Assembly (NCBI RefSeq): GCF_030013595.1
Contig: NZ_CP122768.1
Source of the DNA: Escherichia coli
GTDB taxonomy: Bacteria; Pseudomonadota; Gammaproteobacteria; Enterobacterales; Enterobacteriaceae
Direction: 5' to 3' (one strand)
DNA: 64,000 nt
Under the pieces are notes generated by a model that was not told the DNA's origin, did not search any database, and was given only the letters and a program-made list of their open reading frames with translations. The position numbers and the translations under genes are program-made. Of the stretch, positions 46,952 to 59,563 are shown piece after piece. Every line of letters begins with the position of its first letter. The stretch's first letter is position 1.

Positions 46952-48325
46952 TTAAATCACCCGTGAGAACTGCTGCATCCGCGCTTTCTGGCGCAGATAG
47001 GTATCAAAGCACATGCAAATGTTGCGGATCAGCAAGCGACCTTTCGCCGTCACCTGTATTCCCTTCTCATCCACATCCACCAGTCCGTCTTTTGCTAATG
47101 GGGCGAGCAACTTGAGATCTTCCGCAAAGTAATCAGCGAAGTGCAAATCCCACTGTTGCTCAATAGGGGCGTAATCCAGACGGAAGTTGCAGATGAGCGA
47201 CTTAATCACATCGCGGCGAATACAGTCATCACGCGTTAGCGCAATACCACGCCACAGCGCGTTGCCTTGTTCATCCACTTGCTGATAGTACTGCTTCAAC
47301 TCTTTCTGGTTCTGCGCGTAGCAGTCGCCAATCATGCTGATGGCGGAAACGCCCATCCCCAGCAGATCGGTATCGCCCTGAGTGGTGTAGCCCTGGAAGT
47401 TACGGTGCAGCACGCCTTCACGCTGGGCCACCGCCAGCTCGTCATCCGGACGGGCAAAGTGATCCATACCGATAAACTGATAGCCCGATTGCGTCAGGAA
47501 GGCGATGGTTTCCTGCAGGATATCGAGTTTTTGCTGCGGACTCGGCAGGTCAGCATCTTTGATTTTGCGCTGAGCAGCAAAAATGGTCGGCAGATGCGCG
47601 TAGTTAAAGACACTCAGACGATCGGGGTTCAGCTCCGCCACGCGTTTCAGGGTAAAAGCGAAACTCTCCGGCGTCTGTTTCGGCAGGCCGTAAATCAGGT
47701 CGATGTTGGTGGAGGTAAAACCAATCTCACGCGCATGGTTAAGCAGTGCAAAGATGAACTCTTCATCCTGCTCGCGGTTAACCAGACGTTGCACTTCTTT
47801 GTTGAAGTCCTGCACGCCCATGCTCAGGCGATTAAAGCCCTCGGCGCGTAAATGATCGAGTACATCCAGTTCGATTTCGCGCGGATCGACTTCGATCGAA
47901 ATCTCCGCATCGGCATTGAACTGGAAGTTTTCGCGCAGCAGCTTCATCAGGCGGCTGATTTGCGCTTTGTTCAGATACGTCGGCGTACCACCGCCCCAGT
48001 GCAGCTGGCTCACCTTGCGCCCGGCAAAAAGCGGTGCACGATGGACGATTTCTTGCTCCAGCGCGTCCAGATACTGATCGGCCTTGTGCTGCTGGCGAGT
48101 AACAATCTTATTGCAACCGCAGAAGTAACAAAGCTTATGGCAGAACGGGATATGTACGTAGAGAGATAATGGACGCTCAGGATAGCGCGCCACGGCTTGT
48201 AAAAACGCCTGTTCGCCGAAGTCTTCTGAAAACTCCAGCGCGGTCGGGTACGAGGTGTATCGTGGCCCGGAATAGTTATATTTCTGGATCAGGGCCAGAT
48301 CCCAGTCGATTTGCTGTACAGACAT
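46952..48325 (-). CDS. hemN: Oxygen-independent coproporphyrinogen III oxidase (radical SAM)
   Basis: Start set to ATG 48325 (MSVQQIDWDL) giving 457 aa; CxxxCxxC motif. Confidence 0.95.
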   Translation of the reverse strand: MSVQQIDWDLALIQKYNYSGPRYTSYPTALEFSEDFGEQAFLQAVARYPERPLSLYVHIPFCHKLCYFCGCNKIVTRQQHKADQYLDALEQEIVHRAPLFAGRKVSQLHWGGGTPTYLNKAQISRLMKLLRENFQFNADAEISIEVDPREIELDVLDHLRAEGFNRLSMGVQDFNKEVQRLVNREQDEEFIFALLNHAREIGFTSTNIDLIYGLPKQTPESFAFTLKRVAELNPDRLSVFNYAHLPTIFAAQRKIKDADLPSPQQKLDILQETIAFLTQSGYQFIGMDHFARPDDELAVAQREGVLHRNFQGYTTQGDTDLLGMGVSAISMIGDCYAQNQKELKQYYQQVDEQGNALWRGIALTRDDCIRRDVIKSLICNFRLDYAPIEQQWDLHFADYFAEDLKLLAPLAKDGLVDVDEKGIQVTAKGRLLIRNICMCFDTYLRQKARMQQFSRVI

Positions 48326-48513
48326 GCTCACTCCTTCCGATGGCGTCTCTGGCGGCTACGGCGTACCGGCGGATGCCCGTTTCGGGTCATCAGCCGGTTG
48401 CGCAGCCACTTTTGTCGCCGCGACAACCGCTGTAGTTTAACGAATAACCACACCAGATAACATATAACCGGAAGGGTTATCAGCAGAACGGGAAGGCCCA
48501 CGGCGGCAATCCG

Positions 48514-49023
48514 TTAGTTGCCCCGCAGCAGACGCATCATATCTTCTTGCTTCTCGTCTTCTTCCTCTTCTTCGTCATCGTCATAAGAGAGGCCGAGTTT
48601 CTGCATCAACTCATCAATACGATCCAGTTTGGCATCCACCCAGGATTGCTCTTCGGCGCTCAGGGTTTCGCCTGCCTCCAGACGTTCCAGCAGCGCATCC
48701 AGACGCTCATCCGTTTCCAGTAACTCCAACTCCGCCTGCGGTGAAAGCATAGGTTTCTCACTCTTCGGTTTGTGCTGTTTGGTGACTTTTTCAGTCACGC
48801 CCAATGGAATAGGGGTTTTACTGCCAATACGTGGATCTTTCGGTGCGTTCTGGCCTTTACTGCCTGACGTGGTGTTACCGCCCGCTGCGCGGCTGCCCGG
48901 CGCATGACCACGACGTTTTTTCTGACGCTTACGGTCACGAGCTTCCTGATCCAGCTCCTCGCGTGTTTTTCGACGCGCTTTTGCATGACCTTTGCTGCGT
49001 GAGTTTGAAGATGATGGTTTCAT
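48514..49023 (-). CDS. yihI: Der GTPase-activating protein YihI
   Basis: Start set to the internal Met ([12 protein letters not shown]) giving 169 aa; basic N-terminus and acidic C-terminal tail. Confidence 0.85.
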   Translation of the reverse strand: MKPSSSNSRSKGHAKARRKTREELDQEARDRKRQKKRRGHAPGSRAAGGNTTSGSKGQNAPKDPRIGSKTPIPLGVTEKVTKQHKPKSEKPMLSPQAELELLETDERLDALLERLEAGETLSAEEQSWVDAKLDRIDELMQKLGLSYDDDEEEEEDEKQEDMMRLLRGN

Positions 49024-49086
49024 AATGGTTCGTCTTTTAGCCGTTTTATTCAGTATAGATTTGCGGCGGAATCTAACAGAAAGCAA

Positions 49087-49334
49087 GCAAAGAAAAAAGG
49101 CGACAGATTACTCTGTCGCCTTTTTTCCTGACTCATAACCCTTAACGGGTCTTACAATCCTTGCAGGCCGCCAACACACCCTGTTTTTCCATTAGCCGGA
49201 ACAATCCGTGTTGATTCCATTTCCGTTTAATTACGTCTCCGGACGTTTGTCTTCCTGACAATCCTCTGTCTTCGCCTCCTGGCGCTCCTGACCCTCATCC
49301 TGAGTCATTGTTCCTGTTAGCGTCCTCGCTCTAT
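49087..49334 (-). ncRNA. csrC: CsrC small RNA (CsrA-sequestering)
   Basis: Minus strand carries multiple AGGA/GGA motifs and a terminator hairpin (ggcgacagagtaatctgtcgcc + T-run); matches recalled csrC in the yihI-engB intergenic region. Confidence 0.8.
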
Positions 49335-49604
49335 GGGTGCTACTTTACGCCTTTGCTTTAAACAAACAATCAACCGCCATCAGTATTTGCACATTTTCAG
49401 AGTTTTATATAAAAGCAATTAACTGATTTATATAGCTTATTTGACATGCATCGCAGAATTTTCTCTGCTATTTCGCATAAAGACTATCGGCAATGTCTCA
49501 CAAAGCGTATGGCTTTTACTTACAACGCTCACGCCGAAAAATCCGCCTTTTATTATGGTTCAGGTATAATCGCCGCAAAGCTTTGACTGACGGAGACGAC
49601 CGCT

Positions 49605-50237
49605 TTGACTAATTTGAATTATCAACAGACGCATTTTGTGATGAGTGCGCCTGATATTCGCCACCTACCTTCCGATACCGGAATTGAAGTGGCTTTTGCA
49701 GGCCGTTCCAACGCAGGTAAATCCAGCGCGCTGAACACGCTGACTAACCAGAAAAGCCTGGCTCGTACCTCAAAAACCCCAGGGCGCACCCAGCTTATCA
49801 ACCTGTTTGAAGTGGCTGACGGCAAGCGTCTGGTTGACCTGCCCGGCTATGGCTACGCGGAAGTCCCGGAAGAGATGAAGCGCAAATGGCAACGCGCGCT
49901 CGGCGAATACCTCGAAAAACGTCAGAGCCTGCAAGGTCTGGTGGTGCTAATGGATATTCGCCATCCGCTGAAAGATTTGGATCAACAGATGATTGAGTGG
50001 GCGGTAGACAGCAATATCGCCGTGCTGGTGCTGCTGACCAAAGCGGACAAACTGGCAAGCGGCGCACGTAAAGCGCAATTGAATATGGTGCGTGAAGCGG
50101 TGCTGGCGTTTAACGGTGATGTGCAGGTTGAAACGTTCTCTTCACTGAAGAAACAAGGCGTGGACAAGCTGCGGCAGAAACTGGATACCTGGTTTAGCGA
50201 GATGCAGCCTGTAGAAGAAACGCAGGACGGCGAATAA
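49605..50237 (+). CDS. engB: Ribosome biogenesis GTPase EngB/YihA
   Basis: 210 aa with G1 motif GRSNAGKSS. Confidence 0.95.
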
Positions 50238-50258
50238 TTTTCTTGCCTTAATGCTTGT

Positions 50259-50338
50259 GCCGGATGTGGCGTATCCGGCCCGTAAATTCAATAGATTACA
50301 CTTCTACCGTTGGCCTGATAAACATGGCGCATCAGGCA
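50259..50338. repeat. BIME/REP pair between engB and spf
   Basis: gccggatgtggcgtatccggc ... tggcctgataaacatggcgcatcaggca. Confidence 0.65.
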
Positions 50339-50360
50339 TTACGGATCTTTTCTTTCGCCC

Positions 50361-50471
50361 AATAAAAAACGCCCCAGTCATTACTGACTGGGGCGGCTAA
50401 AATATTCAGCCAAATCCGATTACGTGAAGTAAAAGGTCTGAAAGATAGAACATCTTACCTCTGTACCCTAC
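50361..50471 (-). ncRNA. spf: Spot 42 small RNA
   Basis: Reverse complement matches recalled Spot 42 from gtagggtacagaggtaagatg to ccccagtcagtaatgactggggcgtttttt terminator. Confidence 0.9.
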
Positions 50472-50618
50472 GCGACTAACTTTACTCTTTTTTGTTCAGT
50501 TCAGAAAGCATTTTTTGTAATTTTTTTTCAGTTGTTGCATAGGAATTTCTAATAGCCATCACAAAACGTGACAGCTTATGTTGCTTACTTACGAAAAAAG
50601 GGCATATTCAGGCGAATC

Positions 50619-53405
50619 TTAGTGCGCCTGATCCCAGTTTTCGCCACTCCCCACTTCCACCAGCAACGGCACATCCAGACGGGTACAGTTTTCCATCAGT
50701 TGATGAATCTGCTTCGCGACGGCATCGACATCATCTTTATGAACTTCAAATACCAGTTCATCGTGTACCTGCATGATCATACGTACACGCGGTTGCTCAG
50801 CCTGTAGCCACGCATCAACGGCAATCATCGCCCGTTTGATAATGTCGGCGGCGGTTCCCTGCATTGGCGCGTTAATGGCTGCACGTTCAGCCGCTGCACG
50901 ACGAGCCCCATTGCTGGATTTGATATCCGGCAGATACAGACGGCGTCCGTCCAGCGTTTCAACGTAGCCCTGCTCTTTCGCCTGAGCACGGGTGCGTTCC
51001 ATATACTCCAGCACGCCAGGGTAGCGTTCGAAGTAAAGGTCCATGTACTTCTGCGCTTCTTTACGTGGAATGTTCAATTGCCGCGCCAGACCGAAAGCAC
51101 TCATGCCATAAATCAGACCAAAGTTGATCGCTTTCGCGCTACGGCGTTGCTCGCTGGTTACGGTTTCCAGTGGCAAACCAAACACTTCTGCCGCCGTTGC
51201 CCGGTGGATATCTTTTCCTTCCGCGAATGCGGTCAGCAAGCCTTTGTCACGCGAGAGATGCGCCATAATGCGCAGTTCAATCTGCGAGTAGTCCGCCGAG
51301 ACAATCACATAATCCTCTGGCGCAATAAACGCCTGGCGGATACGACGACCTTCTTCGTTACGCACCGGAATGTTTTGCAGGTTAGGATCGGTTGACGATA
51401 AACGTCCCGTTGCAGTTACTGCCTGGTGATAAGAGGTATGCACACGCCCGGTTTTCGGGTTGATCATCAGCGGCAGCTTGTCGGTGTAGGTCGATTTCAG
51501 CTTCGCCAGACCACGATACTCCAGAATCACTTTTGGCAACGGATAGTCCAGCGCCAGTTCTTCCAGTACCTCTTCCGACGTTGACGGCGCGCCACCCGGC
51601 GTTTTCTTCAGCGGTTTAATTCCCTGTTTTTCAAACAGAATGGTTTGCAACTGCTTGGTGGAGGAAAGGTTAAATTCTTCACCTGCAATTTCATGCGCTT
51701 TCTTTTCCAGCTCAGCCAGACGAAGAGTGAGCTCTTCAGAATGATTGTGCAGCACTTTCGGATCGATCTTCACACCGTTACGTTCAATGCGTGAAAGCAC
51801 CGGCACTAGCGGCATTTCGATATTCTCGAAGACGTTCAACGGCCCTTTGTGTTTTTGCAGATCCGGCCACATTTTCAGATGCAGCTGCAAGGTGACATCT
51901 GCATCTTCGGCGGCGTAACGTCCGGCCTCTTCGAGGGCAATCTGGTTAAAGGTCAGTTGATTTTTACCTTTACCAGCAATCTCTTCAAAAGTGATGGTTT
52001 TATGCTTCAACCAACGTTCCGCGAGGCTGTCCATATCGTGGCGACCGGCAACGCTGTTGAGAATGTAGGACTCCAGCATGGTATCAAATGCAATCCCCCG
52101 CAGTTCAATGCCGTAGTTCGCCAGAATACCGCGATCGTATTTCAGGTTTTGCCCAACCTTCAGCGCCTTTTCATCTTCCAGCAGCGGTTTTAGCAACTCG
52201 AGTGCACGCTCGCGAGAGATTTGATCGGGCGCATCAAGATAATCATGAGCAACCGGAATATATGCCGCTACGCCTGGCTCGATAGCAAAAGAAAGCCCGA
52301 CCAGGTTAGCAGAGATGTTATCAAGGCTGTCGGTTTCGGTATCAAATGCAAATACCGGCGCTTTTTCCAGCTTCGCAATCCACGCTTTCAGTGTTTCTTC
52401 ATCAAGGATGGTGACGTAGTTGTCATAAGAAATCACCGTTGCCGTCACTTCTGGTGCTTCGTCTGCAACACTGGTTTCCTGTGGCTTCGCGGCTGGTTTT
52501 GCCCCTTTGGCCTGTAACCATTTGCCCGCTTCGACATCAGCAGTCCAGCGTTTGAACTCATACTTTTTGAACAGCCCCAACAACTCTTCCGCCGCCGGTT
52601 GCTGCACTTCCAGTTGTTCGCAGGTCAGCTCCAGTTCAACGTCGGTTTTAATCGTCGCCAGCTGGTATGAGAGATAAGCAACTTCTTTGTTTTGCTCGAG
52701 CTTCGCTGCCATTGTTTTCGCGCCACGGAAGCTCAACCCGGCAATTTTTTCTGGCTCGGCATACAGCGTATCCAGCCCGCCAAGACCTTGCAGCAATGCC
52801 TGCGCGGTTTTTTCACCGACGCCCGGTACGCCAGGGATGTTATCGGAGGAGTCACCCATCAGCGCCAGGAAGTCGATGATCAGTTCTGGCGGCACGCCGT
52901 ACTTATTCACCACCTCTTCCGGGCCGAGGATGGTATTCGTCATGGTATTGATAAGCGTAATATTTGGCGTCACCAGCTGCGCCATATCTTTATCGCCAGT
53001 GCTGATCAGCACCGGACGCCCGGCTTTTTCGGCTTCGCGCGCCAGAGTACCGATAACGTCGTCCGCTTCTACGCCAGAAACCGCCAGCAGCGGCAGTCCC
53101 ATCGCTTTAACCATCGCGTGCAAAGGTTCGATTTGTGCTCGCAGATCGTCCGGCATTGGCGGGCGATGTGATTTGTAATGTTCAAACAGTTCATCACGAA
53201 AGGTTTTTCCCTTGGCGTCAAATACCACCGCTGCATGCGTCGGTTTATATTGCATGATCAGACTGCGCAGCATGTTGAGGACACCATACATCGCACCGGT
53301 CGGCTCGCCTGCGCTATTAGTCAGCGGGGGAAACGCGTGATATGCGCGATAAAGATAAGATGAACCATCTACAAGGATAAGTGGATTTTGGGGGATCTGA
53401 ACCAT
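50619..53405 (-). CDS. polA: DNA polymerase I
   Basis: 928-aa ORF with 5'-3' exonuclease, 3'-5' exonuclease and polymerase regions. Confidence 0.97.
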
Positions 53406-53528
53406 AATGTCCGTGCCTGTTTATCAGATTATGGGTAAAGGATGCCACAGACAGGATAAAAACATGAGTTTTTCACCGCTTTTCGTGAAAATCTTTTGTA
53501 GATCTTCTGGATCGCTCGCAAATCGTCA

Positions 53529-53537
53529 TGTGGATAA
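53529..53537. promoter_or_regulatory. DnaA-box-like 9-mer (tgtggataa) in the polA promoter region
   Basis: Exact match to the TTATCCACA consensus on the opposite strand, about 125 bp upstream of polA start. Confidence 0.4.
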
Positions 53538-53768
53538 CTTTGTGCATAAATTATTTACATCGCTTTTAATTTATTATCATGCTTTTTACAGCATGATGTT
53601 TGTCTTTGTTTTTCATGAAGTTAAAAATAAGACCATCCCTAGTAATTAAGATAATGGGATTTTTTCTAATGTGGATAGATATGAATTATTTTTCTCCTTA
53701 AGGATCATCCGTTATTTGGGTCGTTTTCTGCTAAAATCTGCGCCTTGCGCTTCTTTAGCGCACTGTCT

Positions 53769-54701
53769 ATGGCTAACCTTTTGAATAAATTCATTATGAC
53801 GAGAATACTCGCTGCGATAACCCTTTTGCTGAGTATCGTATTGACCATTTTGGTCACTATTTTTTGCTCCGTCCCGATCATCATTGCCGGGATTGTAAAA
53901 CTATTGCTACCTGTGCCAGTCATTTGGCGAAAGGTTTCGCGTTTTTGTGATTTTATGATGTATTGCTGGTGTGAATGTCTGGCGGTATTACTGCATCTGA
54001 ACCCACACCTGCAATGGGAAGTTCACGGGCTGGAAGGGTTAAGTAAGAAGAACTGGTATCTGCTTATTTGTAACCACCGTAGTTGGGCAGATATTGTCGT
54101 ACTGTGCGTGCTGTTTCGTAAGCACATTCCGATGAATAAATATTTCCTCAAGCAGCAGCTGGCCTGGGTGCCTTTTCTTGGCCTGGCATGCTGGGCGCTG
54201 GATATGCCGTTTATGAAGCGTTATTCCCGCGCTTATTTATTACGTCATCCGGAGCGACGTGGTAAAGATGTCGAAACCACTCGGCGTTCTTGTGAAAAGT
54301 TTCGCCTGCATCCCACCACCATTGTCAATTTCGTTGAAGGCTCCCGTTTCACGCAAGAAAAACATCAGCAAACCCACTCCACTTTTCAAAACTTGTTGCC
54401 ACCAAAGGCGGCAGGCATTGCGATGGCGCTAAATGTACTGGGTAAACAATTCGATAAACTGCTTAATGTTACGCTGTGTTATCCGGACAATAACCGTCAG
54501 CCGTTCTTCGATATGTTAAGCGGTAAACTGACGCGAATTGTCATACATGTGGATTTGCAGCCTATTTCCGATGAGTTACATGGCGACTACATCAATGACA
54601 AAAGCTTTAAGCGCCATTTTCAGCAATGGCTGAACTCACTGTGGCAGGAAAAAGACCGGCTTCTGACGTCGTTGATGTCATCACAGCGGCAGGACAAGTA
54701 A
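53769..54701 (+). CDS. yihG: Acyltransferase-family inner membrane protein YihG
   Basis: Start set to ATG 53769 ([10 protein letters not shown]) giving 310 aa. Confidence 0.85.
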   Translation: MANLLNKFIMTRILAAITLLLSIVLTILVTIFCSVPIIIAGIVKLLLPVPVIWRKVSRFCDFMMYCWCECLAVLLHLNPHLQWEVHGLEGLSKKNWYLLICNHRSWADIVVLCVLFRKHIPMNKYFLKQQLAWVPFLGLACWALDMPFMKRYSRAYLLRHPERRGKDVETTRRSCEKFRLHPTTIVNFVEGSRFTQEKHQQTHSTFQNLLPPKAAGIAMALNVLGKQFDKLLNVTLCYPDNNRQPFFDMLSGKLTRIVIHVDLQPISDELHGDYINDKSFKRHFQQWLNSLWQEKDRLLTSLMSSQRQDK

Positions 54702-54741
54702 ATTTTGCTCGCCTCTGAATGAGCAGAGGCGAGTGAGTATT

Positions 54742-56172
54742 TTAATGAACAAAACGTCCGGCACGAGACATAAATTCTTCTTCGCTCATCTCCTGTCCGT
54801 TAAAAACAACTTTACCCGGTGTATAACGCAGTTGCAGCGAGGCGGTATTGTTGTCAATCGTGATTAACTGAAACATCTGACCTAAGGTCATCATCCCGCT
54901 GATTTGTTTATCAGCCTGCTTTTGCGCTTTTTCAGCATCCATCCCTTCAGATAAATTAAGCTGTTTTGCGGTTTCTGTGACGACATTAAGCGGTAACTTC
55001 ACATCAAAATTGAGCGATTTAATATCTTTGTTTGTGGATGATGAGGATTTGGCTGGGTCGGCAATACTGATATCCAGATTGGCATTTAGTTCGCCGAGTG
55101 CATTCTTCCATCTTACCGGTTGTTTAATGGTCGGCTCACTTTTTTGTAATAACGGTAAATACTCTTTGAACAATGCAGCATTCACTTCTTGCAGAGCAAC
55201 TTCATCGTTTGCTAACTCAGGGTGTGCAGCAAGCTGCTTCTGCATCGCAATGTTATACTGGATGATAAATTGGCGCACCGCTGAAGGATCAATAGATTCA
55301 GCAATCAATGACCACTCACCACTACCGAGTTTCTGATTCCCTTTTGTTAACTTATCAAGTTCGTAGGTCAGATTGACATTGATATAATCTTTGTCTTTAA
55401 CGCGATCCAGCCTGGTTTTTGCAACGAAAGTATCGATTTGGGCAACGTCTTCCCCGTGATTGATAATGTTAATCTGATTAAATTTCGACTCGCTTTCACC
55501 AACCGGAAATTTCTTTTCTTCTAATCGCGCCAGAGAATCAATGGTAAAGCTTTTCGCCGTTACTTTGTTCATTGGTGATAATTGCAGAACAATATCTTCG
55601 ACTTTGCCTTCAATATCCAGGTTAGACAATGAACTACCATCACCATTAAAAGTAAACTGGCCCTTACCAAAGGAAAACTTTCCATACTCTGCAGGGGCAA
55701 CATCTAATGTCGTAGAGAATGAGCCACCAAACGCGAATCGCAATGTCGCTTCCACGGGCGATTTATTTTTCGCGGCGATAAATAGCGGTTGTGTCAGTTC
55801 ATTATTCACTAAGTTCACTTTTGCCGCTGCCAGTGCTGGGATGACATTACCATGCATTAACATTGTGATGGGCAACGGACCGTGCTCAACATCCACATCA
55901 AATACAACTTTCTGGCCTGGCTTGATATTGAGATCGGGTGCACCGTTATCGAATGTCATTTGCATTTGAAAACGGGAATTAAAAAAGCCTTTGTCAAAAT
56001 TTTGATAACTTAACGTCATATCGTAGGCATGTTCACCTTTCTTTTTAGCATCGTTAAAATCTTTAATAAATTTTTCGACACCAGGCTGAATTTGCGTACC
56101 TGTGTACCATGTGCCACCACCCCAGATTACGGCTAACGCAACAATAACACCTGTAGCTGACTTACGTATCAT
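54742..56172 (-). CDS. yihF: DUF945-family protein YihF
   Basis: Start set to ATG 56172 (MIRKSATGVIVALAV) giving 476 aa. Confidence 0.85.
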   Translation of the reverse strand: MIRKSATGVIVALAVIWGGGTWYTGTQIQPGVEKFIKDFNDAKKKGEHAYDMTLSYQNFDKGFFNSRFQMQMTFDNGAPDLNIKPGQKVVFDVDVEHGPLPITMLMHGNVIPALAAAKVNLVNNELTQPLFIAAKNKSPVEATLRFAFGGSFSTTLDVAPAEYGKFSFGKGQFTFNGDGSSLSNLDIEGKVEDIVLQLSPMNKVTAKSFTIDSLARLEEKKFPVGESESKFNQINIINHGEDVAQIDTFVAKTRLDRVKDKDYINVNLTYELDKLTKGNQKLGSGEWSLIAESIDPSAVRQFIIQYNIAMQKQLAAHPELANDEVALQEVNAALFKEYLPLLQKSEPTIKQPVRWKNALGELNANLDISIADPAKSSSSTNKDIKSLNFDVKLPLNVVTETAKQLNLSEGMDAEKAQKQADKQISGMMTLGQMFQLITIDNNTASLQLRYTPGKVVFNGQEMSEEEFMSRAGRFVH

Positions 56173-56277
56173 ATAAATATTCCCTGATAAAACAGCAAAA
56201 CTTTGAATATCCACTTATGCTGAAATAATGTCCAGCGGCAGGACGCATTATCAGAATGTATTTATATTTATTAAATA

Positions 56278-56307
56278 ATAAAAAAAGCCCGTGAATATTC
56301 ACGGGCT
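56278..56307 (-). terminator. Rho-independent terminator of dsbA
   Basis: agcccgtgaatattcacgggct hairpin followed by a T-run on the minus strand. Confidence 0.8.
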
Positions 56308-56326
56308 TTATGTAATTTACATTGAA

Positions 56327-56953
56327 TTATTTTTTCTCGGACAGATATTTCACTGTATCAGCATACTGCTGAACAAAAACATCCATATTGCTGGTATCCA
56401 TACCCTGCGGATTCAGCTGATATTTACCGTTAACAAACATCGCCGGAACACCACGCAATTGCACGTCAGCTGCAGCTTTTTCCTGCTGAGCGACCAGAGA
56501 TTTCACCACGAAGCTGTTCCACGCCGCGTCGTACTCTTCACCTTTAATACCTGCGTTGATAAATACATCGCGGATATCAGATGCTGAACGAATGGTCTGG
56601 GTTTTCTGTACGCCTTCAAACAGTGGAACAGTGACTTTGTCTTCCACGCCCAGCGCCATCGCCACAGCCCATGCCTGAGTCAGATCTTTGCCCAGGTCAC
56701 CACCCATGAAGTTGACGTGGTATTTAGTCATCTTCACGCCTTCCGGCAGTTTTTTCTTCACGTTATCAGAAATATGCAGAACTTCTTCAAACTGATAGCA
56801 GTGCGGGCAGAAGAAAGAGAAAAACTCCAGCACTTGCGGCGCGCCAGCAACTGGTTTTTCCAGGGTAGTGTACTGTTTACCATCTTCATACTGCGCCGCC
56901 GATGCGCTAAACGCTAAAACTAAACCAGCCAGCGCCAGCCAAATCTTTTTCAT
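56327..56953 (-). CDS. dsbA: Periplasmic thiol:disulfide oxidoreductase DsbA
   Basis: 208 aa with CPHC active site; identical to recalled K-12 DsbA. Confidence 0.97.
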
Positions 56954-56969
56954 GATCTACTCTCTCCGA

Positions 56970-57956
56970 TTAATACATAGGTGTTAATTGCAAAGGGGGT
57001 TCTTGTAGAACTTTTGCCTGTTCTATAAAAGTCGCCGTCTGTCGCAGCCAGTAATCTTCCCCGGTTAACCACGGGAAATTTTTCGGGAACGCGGGATCAG
57101 CCCAACGCCGCATTAGCCAGGCAAGATAATAAACCAAACGCATGGCGCGTAAAGGTTCAATCAGTCCGATTTCAGCGGTGTCGAACTCGCTAAATTCTTC
57201 ATAAGCTTCAATAATAGTTTCCAGTTGCATCCGCTGCTCGGCTTTATCGCCATTGAGCAACATCCACAAATCCTGAATAGCCGGACCATTACGTGCATCA
57301 TCCAGATCAACAAACATTGGACCATCGCGCCAGAGAATATTCCCGGCGTGGCAGTCTCCATGTAGCCGCAGAACGGTGAAATCTTCCCGCCAGTGTGCTG
57401 TAACGGCGGCGATCAGCTCATCTGTCGCTTTCAGGAATGCCGCTTTCAACCCGGAAGGTATCAGTGTAGCGTCCTCAAACAGCTTGCGTGGCTCAATGAG
57501 ATATTCATTCAGACCGATGGTCGGGCGATGGATAAAAAGCTGTTTGCGCCCCGTCTGGTGCATACGCCCTAAATAACGCCCAACAGCTTCCATCTGATCG
57601 ATATTATCAGCTTCGAACTGGCGACCACCGACGCTTGGAAAAACAGCGAAATAAAATCCCTGATGATTCAATAAAGTCTGACCGTTAAAGGCCACAGGCG
57701 CTGCGACCGGAACTTCATCGTTAACCAGCTCCAACGCAAATTGATGTTCTTCGAGGATTTGATCGGCTGTCCAACGTTCAGGGCGATAAAATTTGACGAC
57801 AAAACGTCGACGATCTTCGTCCTGAAATTGATAGACACGGTTTTCATAGCTGTTAAGCGGGGTAAGACCGGAATCCACCCGGATCCCTTGCTCAAATAGA
57901 GCATCCATGATGGTATCCGGGTGTAGTGTCTGGAAAGTAAAAGCGCTGTTGTTCAT
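56970..57956 (-). CDS. srkA: Stress response Ser/Thr kinase SrkA (YihE)
   Basis: 328-aa ORF upstream of dsbA in the same orientation. Confidence 0.9.
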   Translation of the reverse strand: MNNSAFTFQTLHPDTIMDALFEQGIRVDSGLTPLNSYENRVYQFQDEDRRRFVVKFYRPERWTADQILEEHQFALELVNDEVPVAAPVAFNGQTLLNHQGFYFAVFPSVGGRQFEADNIDQMEAVGRYLGRMHQTGRKQLFIHRPTIGLNEYLIEPRKLFEDATLIPSGLKAAFLKATDELIAAVTAHWREDFTVLRLHGDCHAGNILWRDGPMFVDLDDARNGPAIQDLWMLLNGDKAEQRMQLETIIEAYEEFSEFDTAEIGLIEPLRAMRLVYYLAWLMRRWADPAFPKNFPWLTGEDYWLRQTATFIEQAKVLQEPPLQLTPMY

Positions 57957-58032
57957 CCCATCATCCGGAAAACATTACGAATGATGAAGGATATCATTTC
58001 ACGATGATTTTGGTGGCACCGCTTACAAGCTT

Positions 58033-58302
58033 TTACTCTTTAATTACGCCGCGAGCGCGTAACAGCGCCGTTTTGAAATCTTCTTCATAATCTTTTTGCA
58101 AACCCGGGATAACCGCATCTTTCGCGGAATCACGCATTTTCAGGTGATAGATCAGAATGTCATCCGTCAAATCCGCCAGTTCGCCGTCAAAACCTGACTC
58201 TTTCGCCAGTTTCTGCAAAAATTGCAGCAGGTTAAGGTCTGGCTCTTTTTGCCAGGCTGGCTGGAGGAGTTCAATAACTTCATTCAGACGTTTACATTTC
58301 AT
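58033..58302 (-). CDS. yihD: DUF1040 protein YihD
   Basis: Start set to ATG 58302 ([13 protein letters not shown]) giving 89 aa. Confidence 0.8.
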
Positions 58303-58371
58303 AGTAATGCTCCTTACTCTTGAGACAGACACGTTAGCAGGGTCAATCCCACAATAAAAGAGGCGATATCG

Positions 58372-58956
58372 GTGAATCTGATGACGACGATAACAGGCGT
58401 TGTGCTGGCGGGCGGTAAAGCCAGACGAATGGGCGGCGTAGATAAAGGATTGCTTGAATTAAACGGCAAACCATTATGGCAACATGTCGCTGACACGCTT
58501 ATGACGCAGCTCTCTCACGTCGTGGTTAATGCTAATCGTCATCAGGAAATCTATCAGGCAAGCGGTCTGAAAGTGGTTGAAGATTCACTGGCGGATTACC
58601 CAGGCCCTCTGGCAGGAATGCTTTCAGTAATGCAGCAGGAAGCGGGGGAGTGGTTTTTGTTTTGCCCATGCGATACGCCTTACATTCCCCCTGATTTAGC
58701 TGCCCGGCTTAATCATCAGCGCAAAGAGGCACCTGTCGTGTGGGTCCACGACGGTGAACGCGATCACCCGACTATTGCTCTGGTAAACCGCGCAATTGAG
58801 CCTTTATTACTGGAATATCTGCAAGCAGGAGAACGCCGGGTAATGGCATTTATGCGTCTGGCTGGCGGTCATGCGGTTGATTTCAGCGATAATAAAGATG
58901 CATTTATTAACGTGAATACGCCAGAGGAGCTTGCCCGATGGCAGGAAAAACGATGA
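58372..58956 (+). CDS. mobA: Molybdenum cofactor guanylyltransferase
   Basis: 194 aa ([11 protein letters not shown] motif). Confidence 0.95.
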
Positions 58957-59465
58957 TACCGTTACTCGCCTTTGCCGCGTGGAGCGGCACTGGAAAAACT
59001 ACGCTTTTGAAAAAACTGATCCCGGCATTATGCGCCAGAGGGATCCGTCCAGGGCTGATTAAGCATACGCACCATGATATGGATGTTGATAAGCCAGGCA
59101 AAGATAGCTATGAGCTGCGCAAGGCTGGCGCGGCACAAACCATCGTTGCCAGCCAGCAACGATGGGCCTTGATGACGGAAACACCAGACGAAGAAGAGCT
59201 GGATCTACATTTTCTCGCAAGTCGAATGGATACCTCAAAGCTGGATTTGATTCTGGTCGAAGGGTTTAAGCATGAAGAGATCACAAAGATTGTGCTGTTT
59301 CGCGATGGAGCCGGACATCGACCTGAAGAATTAGTGATAGATAGGCATGTTATTGCTGTAGCCAGTGATGTGCCGCTTAATCTTGATGTCGCATTACTGG
59401 ATATTAATGATGTTGAGGGGCTGGCTGATTTTGTGGTGGAGTGGATGCAAAAGCAGAACGGATAA
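58938..59465 (+). CDS. mobB: Molybdopterin-guanine dinucleotide biosynthesis adapter MobB
   Basis: 175 aa with P-loop GTGKTT; overlaps mobA end. Confidence 0.9.
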   Translation: MAGKTMIPLLAFAAWSGTGKTTLLKKLIPALCARGIRPGLIKHTHHDMDVDKPGKDSYELRKAGAAQTIVASQQRWALMTETPDEEELDLHFLASRMDTSKLDLILVEGFKHEEITKIVLFRDGAGHRPEELVIDRHVIAVASDVPLNLDVALLDINDVEGLADFVVEWMQKQNG

Positions 59466-59527
59466 GCAAGAGTAGGCTGGATAAGACGCGCCAGCGTCGC
59501 ATCCGGCATTTTTTTCACCAACGCAAA

Positions 59528-59552
59528 AAGGCCATCCTGACGGATGGCCTTT
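59528..59552 (-). terminator. rrn operon terminator hairpin downstream of 5S rRNA
   Basis: aaggccatcc-tgac-ggatggcctt perfect hairpin between the 5S 3' end and the mobB stop. Confidence 0.7.
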
Positions 59553-59563
59553 CGCTTAATTTG